A stretch of DNA of 64,000 bases from Naegleria gruberi. Lineage: Eukaryota. Below the pieces are notes generated by a model. The model worked only from the letters and a program-made list of their open reading frames with translations, was not told where the DNA came from and ran no database searches. Shown here one piece after another: positions 45,428-56,389 of the stretch. The position numbers and the translations under genes are program-made. How positions within the stretch are numbered: the first letter of the stretch is position 1; every line of letters begins with the position of its first letter. Location of the stretch: assembly GCA_000004985.1 (NCBI GenBank), contig GG738846.1, one strand, 5' to 3'.

Positions 45428-46000
45428 GGTATTCTAGTAGGGTTTTGCACCCTTCACGTACTAATTAACATACCACTTTACTCCAATTTGATTGACTTTG
45501 TAGAATGGTACTCACCAATTTCAACAATACTTCAAAAAATTTACATGGTCTTTACATGTATTTGTTCTGTTCTGTCAATATACATTCTGTCAATTGAACT
45601 AAGGCCACCACTTCCAAAAGGGACCCTATTTACTGAACTGTTGATTATTCAATCACCAGTACAAAGAAAATCGAGAATGATTTCATCGTTTCTGGTAAGA
45701 ACATTTTTAATTGTAGGGGCAGCCTCGTATACGATTTCCTTTCTTTGTAGTGTTGTGATTGGTTTTGCTGATGAATTTTTTGCATTTCAATATTCAACAA
45801 GCGGAAAAGGGTGGACAAGCAATTTGGCAGGTACAACTTCAGAAAAGGTGTCAAGAAATGCTATCGGATGGCACATTGTTAATGGGATGAGAACATTGTG
45901 TAGTATAATTGGTTGGATATCTGTTGTAATTCTTTTCAGAACTTTAAGAAGACAATCGGAAACAAGTTTCCAACAATTACTAAAAGACCAATCAAATTAA
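45428..46000 (+). CDS. Four-transmembrane-helix exon (tetraspan membrane protein C-terminus), begins after acceptor ...tttgtacag at about 45427
   Basis: GILVGFCTLHVLINIPLYSNLIDFVEWY..MVFTCICSVLSIYILSI..SSFLVRTFLIVGAASYTISFLCSVVIGF..IGWHIVNGMRTLCSIIGWISVVILF. There is no in-frame ATG before MVFTC, so it needs an upstream coding exon. The architecture (disordered N-term + 4 TM) is TMEM237-like but this is speculative. Confidence 0.4.
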   Translation, partial: GILVGFCTLHVLINIPLYSNLIDFVEWYSPISTILQKIYMVFTCICSVLSIYILSIELRPPLPKGTLFTELLIIQSPVQRKSRMISSFLVRTFLIVGAASYTISFLCSVVIGFADEFFAFQYSTSGKGWTSNLAGTTSEKVSRNAIGWHIVNGMRTLCSIIGWISVVILFRTLRRQSETSFQQLLKDQSN

Positions 46001-46074
46001 TCAAGTCCTTTTAAAAAGATCGGTTTTATTAATGAACATGATAAATAAAAAAACTGATGATGAGAAGAATAAAA

Positions 46075-46284
46075 TTACAACTTTTCTTCTGGTTGTTGGG
46101 TTGGTAAAAGTCCGTACTTTCTCTTCAAGTCAATTCTATATTGAGAGTAGGTATCAGCTGGAGAGAAACGGGCTGGGTGAGCTGGACGAGTTGCAACTGG
46201 GTTCTTTTCACAAGTTGTGCTCTTATTGTCGCAGACGTATTTGATGGTGTATGTTTGACAAGCTTCACAGTATCTCAGTCTCAT
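46075..46284 (-). CDS. NOP10: H/ACA snoRNP subunit NOP10, 69 aa
   Basis: [64 protein letters not shown] carries the NOP10 signature (..[24 protein letters not shown]). The ATG of MRLRY is at 46284 (the ORF track's start lies 18 nt upstream). Confidence 0.85.
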   Translation of the reverse strand: MRLRYCEACQTYTIKYVCDNKSTTCEKNPVATRPAHPARFSPADTYSQYRIDLKRKYGLLPTQQPEEKL

Positions 46285-46398
46285 TTTTTTTTGAAAAACC
46301 AAAAGAGAAATTATTTAATTTTACAGCCTACATTTTTTATTTGAACAACCTCTTTAAATCAAGATGTACACAGAACAATTTTATTTTTGAAAATTATT

Positions 46399-47220
46399 TT
46401 ACATTCTTCTTCTTTTATTACCTGGATCGGAGTCATCTTCAGTTGTAGATGTATTATCATTATTTGAACTCTCTGAAATATAATTTTTATCACCATACTG
46501 CAGTTTGTAGGTGCCAAGTGATTTGTGTTTCCAATCTATGAAGGATGTTTCTTCTAATTGAATCATTTGTAAAATGGTTAATTCGCTATTGCACAATTTT
46601 GACTTGAATTCCGAGTATTGTTCAGTGAGCCAGCTGCTGGTACTCTTCTGATTACTGGCAATATAGCCTTGTCGTAAAAAGACCTTAAATCTATGTACAA
46701 GTGTATCTATTAGAGTATACCTTTTTCGAATATAGAGAGACTCTAATTCTTGATCTTGTTTGATTGATTCTGCAATTTCAGCCATTAATTTGAATAGACT
46801 TGTGCCAAAATCATAAAAGTATCTGTTAACTTTTGATAGAGATGCTTTTTCAAAGTTGGATGTGACATAGTTCAAGTCTGTAAAAACTCTAGGTACCTCA
46901 ACTTCAACAAATCCCTCTTTTCCACACACAGAAGCCAACCAAAACGGTACCTCAACTTTAGTTCCTCTTTCAATTATATATTTTTCAATAAATTTAATGG
47001 AATTGTTATTTTCCTCTTCTATTTCATCTTCGGAATGATCTTGATTTCCATTGGTTATTTGACGAAGATGTTCTTTTTGCATAGCTGCTGCAGTTTTAAT
47101 ATATTTTCCAATGTTTGGAATGGTGAAATTAAATATCACAGCAACACGTTCTTCACTTGCAAGAATATCATCAATGTCAAAGTAGTCCCTTCCATTGTTC
47201 AATCCATCAACGGCAGACAT
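46399..47220 (-). CDS. GINS3: GINS complex subunit PSF3 (GINS3), replicative CMG helicase component
   Basis: MSAVDGLNNGRDYFDIDDILASEERVAVIFNFTIPNIGKY and EVPFWLASVCGKEGFVEVEVPRVF match PSF3 (FSLDDILMSQEKLPC...ELPLWLAKGLF...SVELPKIY). Probable start is the MSAVDG Met at 47220 (the ORF track begins upstream at 47313). Confidence 0.7.
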   Translation of the reverse strand: MSAVDGLNNGRDYFDIDDILASEERVAVIFNFTIPNIGKYIKTAAAMQKEHLRQITNGNQDHSEDEIEEENNNSIKFIEKYIIERGTKVEVPFWLASVCGKEGFVEVEVPRVFTDLNYVTSNFEKASLSKVNRYFYDFGTSLFKLMAEIAESIKQDQELESLYIRKRYTLIDTLVHRFKVFLRQGYIASNQKSTSSWLTEQYSEFKSKLCNSELTILQMIQLEETSFIDWKHKSLGTYKLQYGDKNYISESSNNDNTSTTEDDSDPGNKRRRM

Positions 47221-47387
47221 TTTTTTATTATTACTAACTGTTAAAATTGGCGCCACATCTCTTCCGCCAAAATAAAACTCTTTTAAAAAAAAATTAAATA
47301 ATACTGGTTTCAATCACACAACGTCTTCATCATCACAATACATTTTATATATACAGGAACAATTGAGGATAATAATATTATTATTTA

Positions 47388-50300
47388 ATGGACATTACCC
47401 CTATTATTGAGCAAATACAGACCAAAGGTAACTATTTTTAATTGTTACATTATTTTACTGAGCAATGTATTATCGGAACAAAAAAGATCCAACCGAAAGG
47501 ATCCAAGGATTGACACACCTAACGAATTCCATGCTCGACATTGCATTGGTATGTTATGAAAAAATATGTTTGTGTTTTAATGTAGAATTTAGGATGACAT
47601 TTCAAGTGTAATGAATGCAATAAGGCCTACATTGAAGGATAACAACTTTAAAGTTTGTGAGGCATCACTAACTTTCCTTTGCACTTTTTTGGAGCACATT
47701 GATGCAAAAATCTTTCAACCATATTTTATTGATTTTGTAAATTTGCTTTTGGAAAGATTTGGAGACACTAAAGTGTCAGTTAGAGATAAGGCCTTTGAGG
47801 CTATAATTATGGTCGCTAGACACTACTCTGCAAGTACAGTGCTTGATAGTATTAGAGAAGGATTTATCCATAAGAGCTGGAGAGTGAGAGAGGGTGTATG
47901 CTTGTCTTTTGTTCAGATCTTACAAACCTTTGGACCCAAGACTATTTCACTTGCAAAATTTTTGCCAGATATTGTAAGTCTATTGGATGATTCCACACCA
48001 AGCGTAAGGGATTCTGCAATATTGGGTATATGTGAAATTTATCGCTTTGTTGGAGCTGACTTATTCCAGGAATTGTCCAATTACAAATTAAGGACTTCGC
48101 AAATTAAGGCCATTGAAGATAGAGCATGCGAAATTATGGTCGACACTGAAAACCTCGTTTCTCTAAAACCTAAAGCAAAAAGCCCTCTGAAACCTCCTAG
48201 ATCAAGACAAACCATTCATACAAACATTACTACTAATGGAAAATCAGCAACTGATGATACAGAAGAAACAGATGTACAACCAATTTACATCAAAGAGAAC
48301 GATATTCAAAAAGAAACAGAGCAATCCCTTGAAATTTTGAATGACACCAAAAATCTTGATTGGAAAAAAAGATTAAATTGCATTAGACGCTGGAGGGGTA
48401 TAGTTTATGGAGGAGCAACGGATTTTTCATCATTTATTGGAGAATTTCTTAGATTAAGGGAGGCCATTTCAAAGCAAGTAGTTGATTTACGTTCTACAAT
48501 TGTTAAAGAAAGTTGCATGTTACTCAATCTTATTGCAAAAACCATGGGCTCCAAGTTTGAACCACTCTCTGATTACTTTGTTCCAATACTACTCAAGAGC
48601 ACTGTAGTGACAGTTCAGGTTATTTCTGATTCGGTAAATACTTGTATAAGAACTCTTATAATTCACGCAAAATTGAATAGAGGTATTTCTGTAATAGTAG
48701 AGAGACTAACAGACTCTAAAACTCATGCAACCATGAGATCTAGGTGTGCAGAATACTTGGTTTTAATTTTTCAACATGTTGACACTGGATTTTTATCCAA
48801 AATAATTGACGAATTATGCAAAGCTCTCAAGTCTGCTATTAATGATGCCAGCCCTTCAGCTAGACAGGCTGGAAGGCAGGCATTCATGGCATTCAAGGAA
48901 GTGTTTCCTGATAGAGCAACAAAAATTTTCAGCGAGCTAGATCCAAGTACTCAAAAAAAACTTAATGAAGAGTCTAACAAGTCTGGACAAATTTCCCCAA
49001 GATCAACTACTTCAAGTCTGAGTGGAGCAGCATCAGTAACATCATATGTTTCGTCAGGTTCTACAATAAGAAGAACAAAATCTGTCATTACAAGAAAGCT
49101 ACCAACCAAACCTGAATCCAGTACAACACTTATCACAGAAAAAAAGTTAATTTCTAAACCCGTCATACCTTCTATTCCACTTTCCACAACATATCCTCCT
49201 TCTCCAAAAAAGATTTCTCTTCCTGTTAGGCCAGTATCTGTTGCAGGAAAAAACTCGCCATCTTCCCCAAAAAAGAGTCCTAATTCAACTAATCTAATCA
49301 AATCTAGTAGAACTGATTCCGTATTGATTCCAAAAAAACTAGTATTTGGTTCTGATCCTATGGATGTTGGAGAAGATTTGGCAATAGTACAAGAGGTAGA
49401 GACAGTGTCTACAATTTTGAGAGAATCTAAAAATCTCGATTGGAAAGCCAAAATTACAGTTTTTGAAAAATTAGAATCAATTATCAACAGTGGTAGAAGT
49501 TCTGAAATTAAGAATACTTTTCTGCAAGTAATCAATTTGTATATTGACAGATTATCTGATACTTATCAAAAAGTTGTTGAAAAGGCTCTCACTTCACTCA
49601 TCAAGCTAATAGATCATTTACCAGAAAATGTTGAACCTTACTTGGAACGTATTTTATCCAAATTATTTTTACTGTTGACCGAAGAAAAAACAAAGACTCT
49701 AGCTGAACATTTATTAACCAAGATTGGTAATTCTTATTCTGGTGATATTCTGTTACCAAGAATTTTTAAAATTGTAGATACATTCAATTCAAGAGTAAGG
49801 GTAGCTTGTTTAGAGTTTTTGATGCATATTGTACAAAGTAGTTCTGCCTATCTCAGCTATCCAGGGCATATGAGATCGAGCATTAAGAAGATTATTGCCC
49901 TTATTCAACAGAATACCTCAAAATCATGTGATGCAGCTCTCACAAGTATTATGATATCACTTTATACAATTAACTCGACTAATTTCATGGAGCAACTTTT
50001 ATCTTTACCTTCGTTAGAGCAAAATCCTATCAAAAATTTGCTTAGAGAGCGAGTTAGTGATTTTGATCAACATCTTACTTTGTAAGTTTTATTAGCGAGT
50101 TAGTAGTGCTTAATATTGTAAATTAACTGACTTTAGAATTTCTAAAAAATCATCCCCTACCACTTCCACAACCACCGTTCTAACTTCAAAACCGACCCTT
50201 CCTAACAGAAACGTTGAAAACATTATTTCCTTACCAATAAGAAACACTGACAGAGAATATCAAACTACTGATACTCTCGATGAAATCTCCTCCTCACTAA

Positions 50301-50968
50301 CATCAATAGCCAAATACAAGATTGATAAAAATCCGCATCAGGTATACCGATGCCTATTCGAAATATCAGAAATAGCTAGACTAAAGCCCTCCACAGATAA
50401 TGTTTGGCAGATATCATTTGCAAAATTATTATTTTATTTATTTGATCTCTTTTTTGATGATGATGAAATTATAAGGGAAAAGGCCTTATTGAGTGTTGCC
50501 TCTCTATTGAGATATCAAATTGAACATTGTATCAAGTTTACAGACATTACTTTTAGAAAGATTATGGAAAAACTAAACGATAATGTTCCAGCTGTGCAAA
50601 GAACTGCAGAGAGAGTGGCTGAACAATTTGTTGAATCTATTGAGCCAATCAAAACTTTGGAACTTTTAAAACCACAAATTATTAATAATAGCGAAAAAGA
50701 GCAAATCTTACTTGGAGGCTTACGTCTTCTCACCAAACTAATCAAACTGATAAGTCCAGATATTCTTTTAGGTCATGTTCCAAGCATTTTACCTGGAGTT
50801 TATGAAGCTTTTAAACACAGCAATGTAGATGTACGGAAATCCGTTGTCTATTTAATGGTAGATTTACATTTCTCTCTTGGAGAGTTGTTTGAGCCATATC
50901 TGAAGAGGTTATCTATTGAACAGCAAAAACTTATTCAAATTTACATAAAAAAGAACGAAGTGAGATAG
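47388..50968 (+). CDS. CLASP1: CLASP (CLIP-associating protein) orthologue, TOG-domain microtubule regulator, 4 exons: 47388..47427, 47463..47547, 47593..50081, about 50141..50968
   Basis: Spliced N-terminus MDITPIIEQIQTK|A MYYRNKKDPTERIQGLTHLTNSMLDIAL|DDISSVMNAIRP ~ human ...AQVQQKDVGGRLQVGQELLLYL. TOG1: NFKVCEASLTFLCTFLEHIDAKIFQPYFIDFVNLLLERFGDTKVSVRDKAFEAIIMVARHY...IHKSWRVREGVCLSFVQILQTFG...LLDDSTPSVRDSAILGICEIYRFVG aligns closely with CLASP1 (SYVAMVIVALIDRMGDAKDKVRDEAQTLILKLM...FKHKNFRSREGVCLCLIETLNIFG...FGDSNSQVRDAAILAIVEIYRHVG). C-terminal TOG-like ILLGHVPSILPGVYEAFKHSNVDVRKSVVYLMVDLHFSLGELFEPYLKRLSIEQQKLIQIYIKK ~ CLASP C-terminus. First intron only 35 nt. Confidence 0.85.
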
Positions 50969-51195
50969 TTTAACAGAGAAATATTCCAATTCTTTTAATT
51001 CACGTTATTACTCGACTCTCTCATGTTGAGTTCTCATATATTTCTCCAAACAAAACAATAAATAATCGTTGATAAACCAATAAATAGAAACTCAACATTG
51101 TCCCGAGTTAATATAGTTGTTTACAAAATCGAGATTGAAGTTGAACTCCTCTATAAAAAAACCAGAGGAAAACACTCTTTTTCAATTTCTCAATT

Positions 51196-53722
51196 TTATT
51201 GTTTACAATTTGTCGAAAATACTATCGTTCCATTGAGTTGCTCAATTACTTTTCCTAGTCTAAACATTAAACCACCCAACCTTGGTAAAAGGTATTTAGG
51301 ATATTTGTGGGTTAGAATTTGAATTGCATTTCTTTCAGCTTCTAGAAGAGGTTTTAGTCTATTCAATTGTTCAATTTTAAACGAATACATAATTTGATCT
51401 TGAAATGTGTTTTGCAAAAGTACCTCTGCTTGCATGATGTGAATATCTGAAACTCTCTCCAAAATACTCATATCACCGTTATTGAAAAGTAGTGATTCTT
51501 GACTGATATGGGTTAGTAAAAAAAAAGAATTGAACTTACTTGAAATATTTCAAATTGTCCACATATTTGTCGCAATATATAACTAACAACTTGTCCAAAG
51601 TTGATTTGATAGAAGTTGGAGATCTTGATTGACTAGGAGAGTTTGGTTCCTCACTTGAAAGAATTGAAAAGATGGAAGGATGGTTGGGAGCAGTGCCATT
51701 CATAATTTGTTGAGATTCTTTTTCTGTTATATTGTTAAATGAGACAAGTAATCTACTCAATTCACCTGTAATTGCATTCTCAAAATTTTTGAAAATGGTT
51801 TCTAATTTTAAAACAGCCATGTTGTTAAATTGATATACTCTGTCTTCTTCTGTACATTGTTCCAACATTTTCTCAAGGAGTGATACTGTAGTGCTATAAA
51901 TTGAAAATTTTCTCAAGAGTTGAATAATACCAAACGTTGATGGATCCATACTAACTAGTCCTGTATATGTTGATTCCTTTTGAAAAATGCAATTAAAAAA
52001 ATCCAGTTTCAAAATCAACCTACCTTAGTCATTAAAATAATAATCATTAAATAAATTTCAATATTATCTACAGTCAATCTTTTTACATTCTTCAAGGTTG
52101 TAATAGTTAGTAACTCAGAAGGCAATTTACCTCTTGCTGAAAGATAAAGGCTTGTAGCAAGTCGCATACAATTTAAATCAAATAATTGATGGATATCTTC
52201 TCTGAGATTAATACTAGTTCTTGTTAATTGAATGGGAGGTAAATTGTTATTGATACGTTGAATATTTTCTGACTTTTGAATGTAGTAACGAAATGTATCG
52301 AATGTCATTCCAACTATTAACCTGTATTTGTAAACACATAGCAAATACACATTTTCAACTCTGTAAAGAGAATAATCTGAATTGATTCGAGCTTCCTCAG
52401 CAATTGAGTAATTAATAAATACTCTATCTCTATAGTTTGGAGAATGTAAATCCAGCATTTCATCTGCTTTTAACAAAAAATACCTCGATAACCCTAAATT
52501 ACTATCTCCCATAAAATAAAAAGATGCCAACAAGTATCTTCCACTTCTAATCATGAAAAATCTATCCTCAACATCACTAATAATTAAATTGCTGACATGT
52601 CGTGCATGTTTTCCAACTAATAGATCAATTAGTTGTTCGTTGGTTGTGGGATTTTCATAGAGGTGCTGTACATCATCTTTAACATATCCTTCGAATCCCA
52701 ATTCTATTGAACGTTTAATTGAAGACTCTGCCTGATCTAAAAAACCATTGGATGCACATGTCACTCCATGTAATGTATACAAAAGTGAGAGAACTTCTGT
52801 TTTTCTATATTGGGTAACATATTCTCCAGCATGTTTTGAAAAATCAGGTAACTCAAAAACACTGTTAGGATTTCTGAATATTTCATTCATTGAATTTTTT
52901 AAATCATTTCCAAATATTGATTGTTCAATGAGTTCTTCAGGAAAGATTTTGAAGCCATAAACAATATGTCTGTAAAAATTATTTATCAATTAGGCCTAAT
53001 GTTGTAATGTTACCTACCTATGATAATATTCGAATGAATTGATTTTTACAAATGATGTGACTATCATATCTTGCATTAACATTTCCTCTAATTCTTTAGA
53101 ATTTTGATTTGAATCCTCATCTCTTCTTTCATTATTGTCCAAGAAAGTATGAAGTTTTTGTAAAATCTTTGAGGATGAAGGATCAAAACCAAACGCATCC
53201 ACAAAATTATCTATATACTGAGTTGAGTAGGCAATATTTGAGTTTTTTTGGAGAGCAATATTTTGATTGTAGGGATGATATCGTGTTGAGAGTTCCGAAT
53301 TGTTGACATCAGAAGATGATTTTGCACTTGATGAGGATGATTGCAGCTCCAGTCTTGATCTTGTTGCATTATTAAAGATAACAGTATCACCTTGCTTTTT
53401 TTTACGTCCGGTTGTTTCGTATCGGAATGAATGTATTTCGAAATCCTTCTTCTTTTGTTTGTTGGGAACAGGTTTTTGCACTTGTCCAGTTAGAAGCATC
53501 TTTTGAAGATATTCTTTCTTAGGTTGTAAATATACACATACATAGCCCTTCTTTAAGCATTCTTGACATTGTGGTAGCGTTCTTGAGCATTTTGTATGCT
53601 TTTTCCGACAATTTTCACCTAGATTTCTTGATGAATGGATTGTGTGAGCAAAAAGTGGTTTACTTACAGGCAATTGGGTGGTATTGGTTGTTTTTATCAG
53701 CCTCAACCTCGGATGAAGACAT
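51196..53722 (-). CDS. Fungal-type Zn(2)-Cys(6) binuclear-cluster (GAL4-like) transcription factor, about 5 exons: 53722..53668, 53618..53014, about 52989..52015, about 52018..51536, about 51471..51196
   Basis: Exon 1 MSSSEVEADKNNQYHPIAC| + exon 2 ENCRKKHTKCSRTLPQCQECLKKGYVC gives a perfect C-x2-C-x6-C-x6-C-x2-C-x6-C cluster. A 49-nt intron (GTAAGT...TCTAG, 53619..53667) falls between Cys1 and Cys2. Downstream exons are large low-complexity/helical regions (family middle-homology not confirmed). Confidence 0.7.
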
Positions 53723-53960
53723 TTTTTTGAGTTCTACTTGATTGTACGAATAAATTTAGTCTCTCTTTGCAAATCATCAAAATTTGTTGGAATATTGAGT
53801 GATATTTCAGCAATGTCTAATATTGTGATAATTTTTAAATTCTCCAAGGAAATTCCAAATTTGATTGTAGTAAGTTTGTAAGGTTGATTTATTCCATTAA
53901 AGATATCAAAATGAAATTAAATCTCTGTAGATAATTTATGAGATTAAAAATTTAGAAAAA

Positions 53961-55477
53961 ATGTCGTCATTTCTGCCTTGTTCTGGCTCTGAATATCTGA
54001 CCCTAATGACAACATGTGCTCCGGGCCTGGAAAAATCATCAGCCGACGAAATTGAAGAAAAATTAAATAATTTACGGAAGAGAAGTGACTTGGCAATTAA
54101 TATTTATCACATTTATTCAAAGTTTGAAAATATTGATGATGATAATTTCAAGGAAATTATTAGAATATTTCAGAGGCGAGATATCAAGTCAATGCTGCAA
54201 GGAAAAATTATTATTCAATTCCATTTTTCTTCCACCTCTGAGAAATTGAAAATATCTGTATTTAATGAAACTATTTCCTCACTTCTTGAATGTCTATCAA
54301 TTGTCAAAATTCACATTCTAGTTTATGTTTTGGAAAATCTTTCTTTTCCCTCTTCAAGTACTTCCACTCAGGAAAAATCCTCTCCAAACGATTCAACTGG
54401 AGATAGTTTTGAAGAAAAAGAAAGAGAATGGGCTAGAAGATTGAAAAATGATCCAAACTTTAATTATTTTTTGGAATGCCATCAACATGCATTGCCAGAA
54501 AGCAAATGTTGGAAAGAATCGTTAGAAAAGTGGGTTGACATGAGAAATATATTATTTGAAAATTCCACAAAAGATAAAATAACAAGTGTGGAGGCACTTA
54601 AATTCAGAATCACATCAAGAAGGTTTGTTTCATTTGATGTTCTAATTTATTAACTAAATTAAGGTCTGGACAACATAACTTCAAATCGAGTGATATGTTA
54701 TCGTGGTTTGGATTATTGGTATCTCACAAGTTAATGGGTGAGGAGATTAGCAACATTGGAAAAACTTGGAAAGCAGATTTAACAAATTATGATCTCGATA
54801 TTTTTCAAATCCTCTACAATGATACTCTCTTTCTCTCATTCACTCTGTGTGAGGAAACCATTTGTTTACAAACGTTTTCTAAACAATTCAAAAATGAATT
54901 GTTCTTAAACTCAACATCTTTGAGACCCAATATTGCTTTTGGATTAATTAATCTTGCAAATATCAAAAAAGGAGATGTATTTTGTGATATCTGCTCTGGT
55001 ACTGGAATAATTTCACTGATGGCTTTACACTTATTTAAAAATAATATTCAAATTATTTCTGGAGAATTATCTGAGGAAATTTTACAGAACCACCTAATCA
55101 ACAATATTGACAATTACAGGTATTCAAATAATACAATACAACCTCTGAAATGGGACTTCACTCGCCTCCCTTTAAAAACAGCCACTGTTGACGTCATTTG
55201 CTCAAATTTACCTTTCGGAAAGCAGATTGGATCACATTCATTAAATAAGGAAATTTACCCTCCCATGTTTTCAGAATTATGCAGGGTTTTGAGACCTGAA
55301 GGAAGAATTGTTATTCTCACATCTGAAAAACACTTGATGCAAAAAGTTCTACAAGAAAATAAGGTATTCATATCATTTTTTTCACGAATTTCTATTCATC
55401 AAGGTGGTTCAGATGTTTTTGTTTACATTCTCACAAGAAAAAGTAAAGCATTTTTTGTAAAGAAACAAAAACAATAA
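53961..55477 (+). CDS. THUMP-domain RNA methyltransferase (THUMPD2/THUMPD3-like, tRNA guanine-N2 MTase family), 2 exons: 53961..about 54629, about 54678..55477
   Basis: THUMP end KFRITSRR|SGQHNFKSSDMLSWFGLLVSHKL...ADLTNYDLDIF (spliced; intron GTTTGT...TTAAG). Class I MTase motifs GDVFCDICSGTGIISLMA, VDVICSNLPFGKQIGS, LRPEGRIVILTSE. Confidence 0.65.
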
Positions 55478-55610
55478 AAACATTAAAAAAAAATTAAAGT
55501 CATCTGTGATCTGCGTGCTTGGAAGCTATTGAAATTTTTCGGATCAAAATTGTACATTAAAATTATTTATTAAATAGAGTCTTCACATAAATACATCCAT
55601 CAGATTAGAA

Positions 55611-56342
55611 ATGGTTAGGTTTACAAATTTTAAATCTTCTCCACAAACAAAAGATTACCACAAGTATGAAATGAGTGGAATATTATTCAAGATGGGAGAA
55701 GTTAACAAATCATGGAAGGAAAGGTTTTTCATTCTGGAAGAGGACAAATTATTTTACTATAAAAATTCGGAAAGCTCCAAAGCTATTGCATACATACCTT
55801 TGAACGATGCATATGTTAGAGTATCTCCTGAATTTTATCCTAAACAAGCATGTTTTGAAATTGTCACATCACAAAGAATATACAAATTAATGGCTGCAAA
55901 TTTTGAATTGATGAAAACATGGATACATCACTGCCAGACATTTAGTAAAATAAGTATGGAAAATGAGCTGATACGACAAGCAGATATTCAAATTCATGAT
56001 GTTGAATCTGGACTAACAAAAAAAGCCTTGGAAGAATTACATTTCGAACCAATATCATTAGAAAATTTTTATTTTTCATGTAGATATAATAGAGAAGAAG
56101 ACTATTCAAATAGTTTGGAATTTGATTTAATAAGAGGATTGAATAATACATCGATAACGAACAGAATGAATAATGCAAGTAGTGTGGTACTATCAAATCA
56201 ACTATCTGACGATGAAGACTCTTTACAAATGGTTGATAAAAAGAATATTGACCTCTCAAAAAAACACTCTCCATCCATAGCCTCCCAAACACCTGCAACT
56301 GAAGAAAATCAAGAATTGATTGATAGGATTGGAACAGAATAA
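55611..56342 (+). CDS. PH-domain protein, 243 aa
   Basis: PH domain MSGILFKMGEVNKSWKERFFILEEDKLFYYKNSE...ACFEIVTSQRIYKLMAANFELMKTWIHHCQ. Rest low complexity. Confidence 0.6.
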   Translation: MVRFTNFKSSPQTKDYHKYEMSGILFKMGEVNKSWKERFFILEEDKLFYYKNSESSKAIAYIPLNDAYVRVSPEFYPKQACFEIVTSQRIYKLMAANFELMKTWIHHCQTFSKISMENELIRQADIQIHDVESGLTKKALEELHFEPISLENFYFSCRYNREEDYSNSLEFDLIRGLNNTSITNRMNNASSVVLSNQLSDDEDSLQMVDKKNIDLSKKHSPSIASQTPATEENQELIDRIGTE

Positions 56343-56389
56343 ATTATTGTTCCTTGTTCTTATTCCAATATTTTATTTAAATAAAAAAA

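Noticed and set aside
48951-49535. 194-aa minus-strand ORF antisense to the CLASP S/T/P-rich linker, and similar antisense ORFs 18902..19360, 19965..20288, 37606..37876, 44727..45057, 56846..57174
   Set aside because: Each lies wholly inside a well-supported conserved CDS on the opposite strand. None has a recognisable domain.
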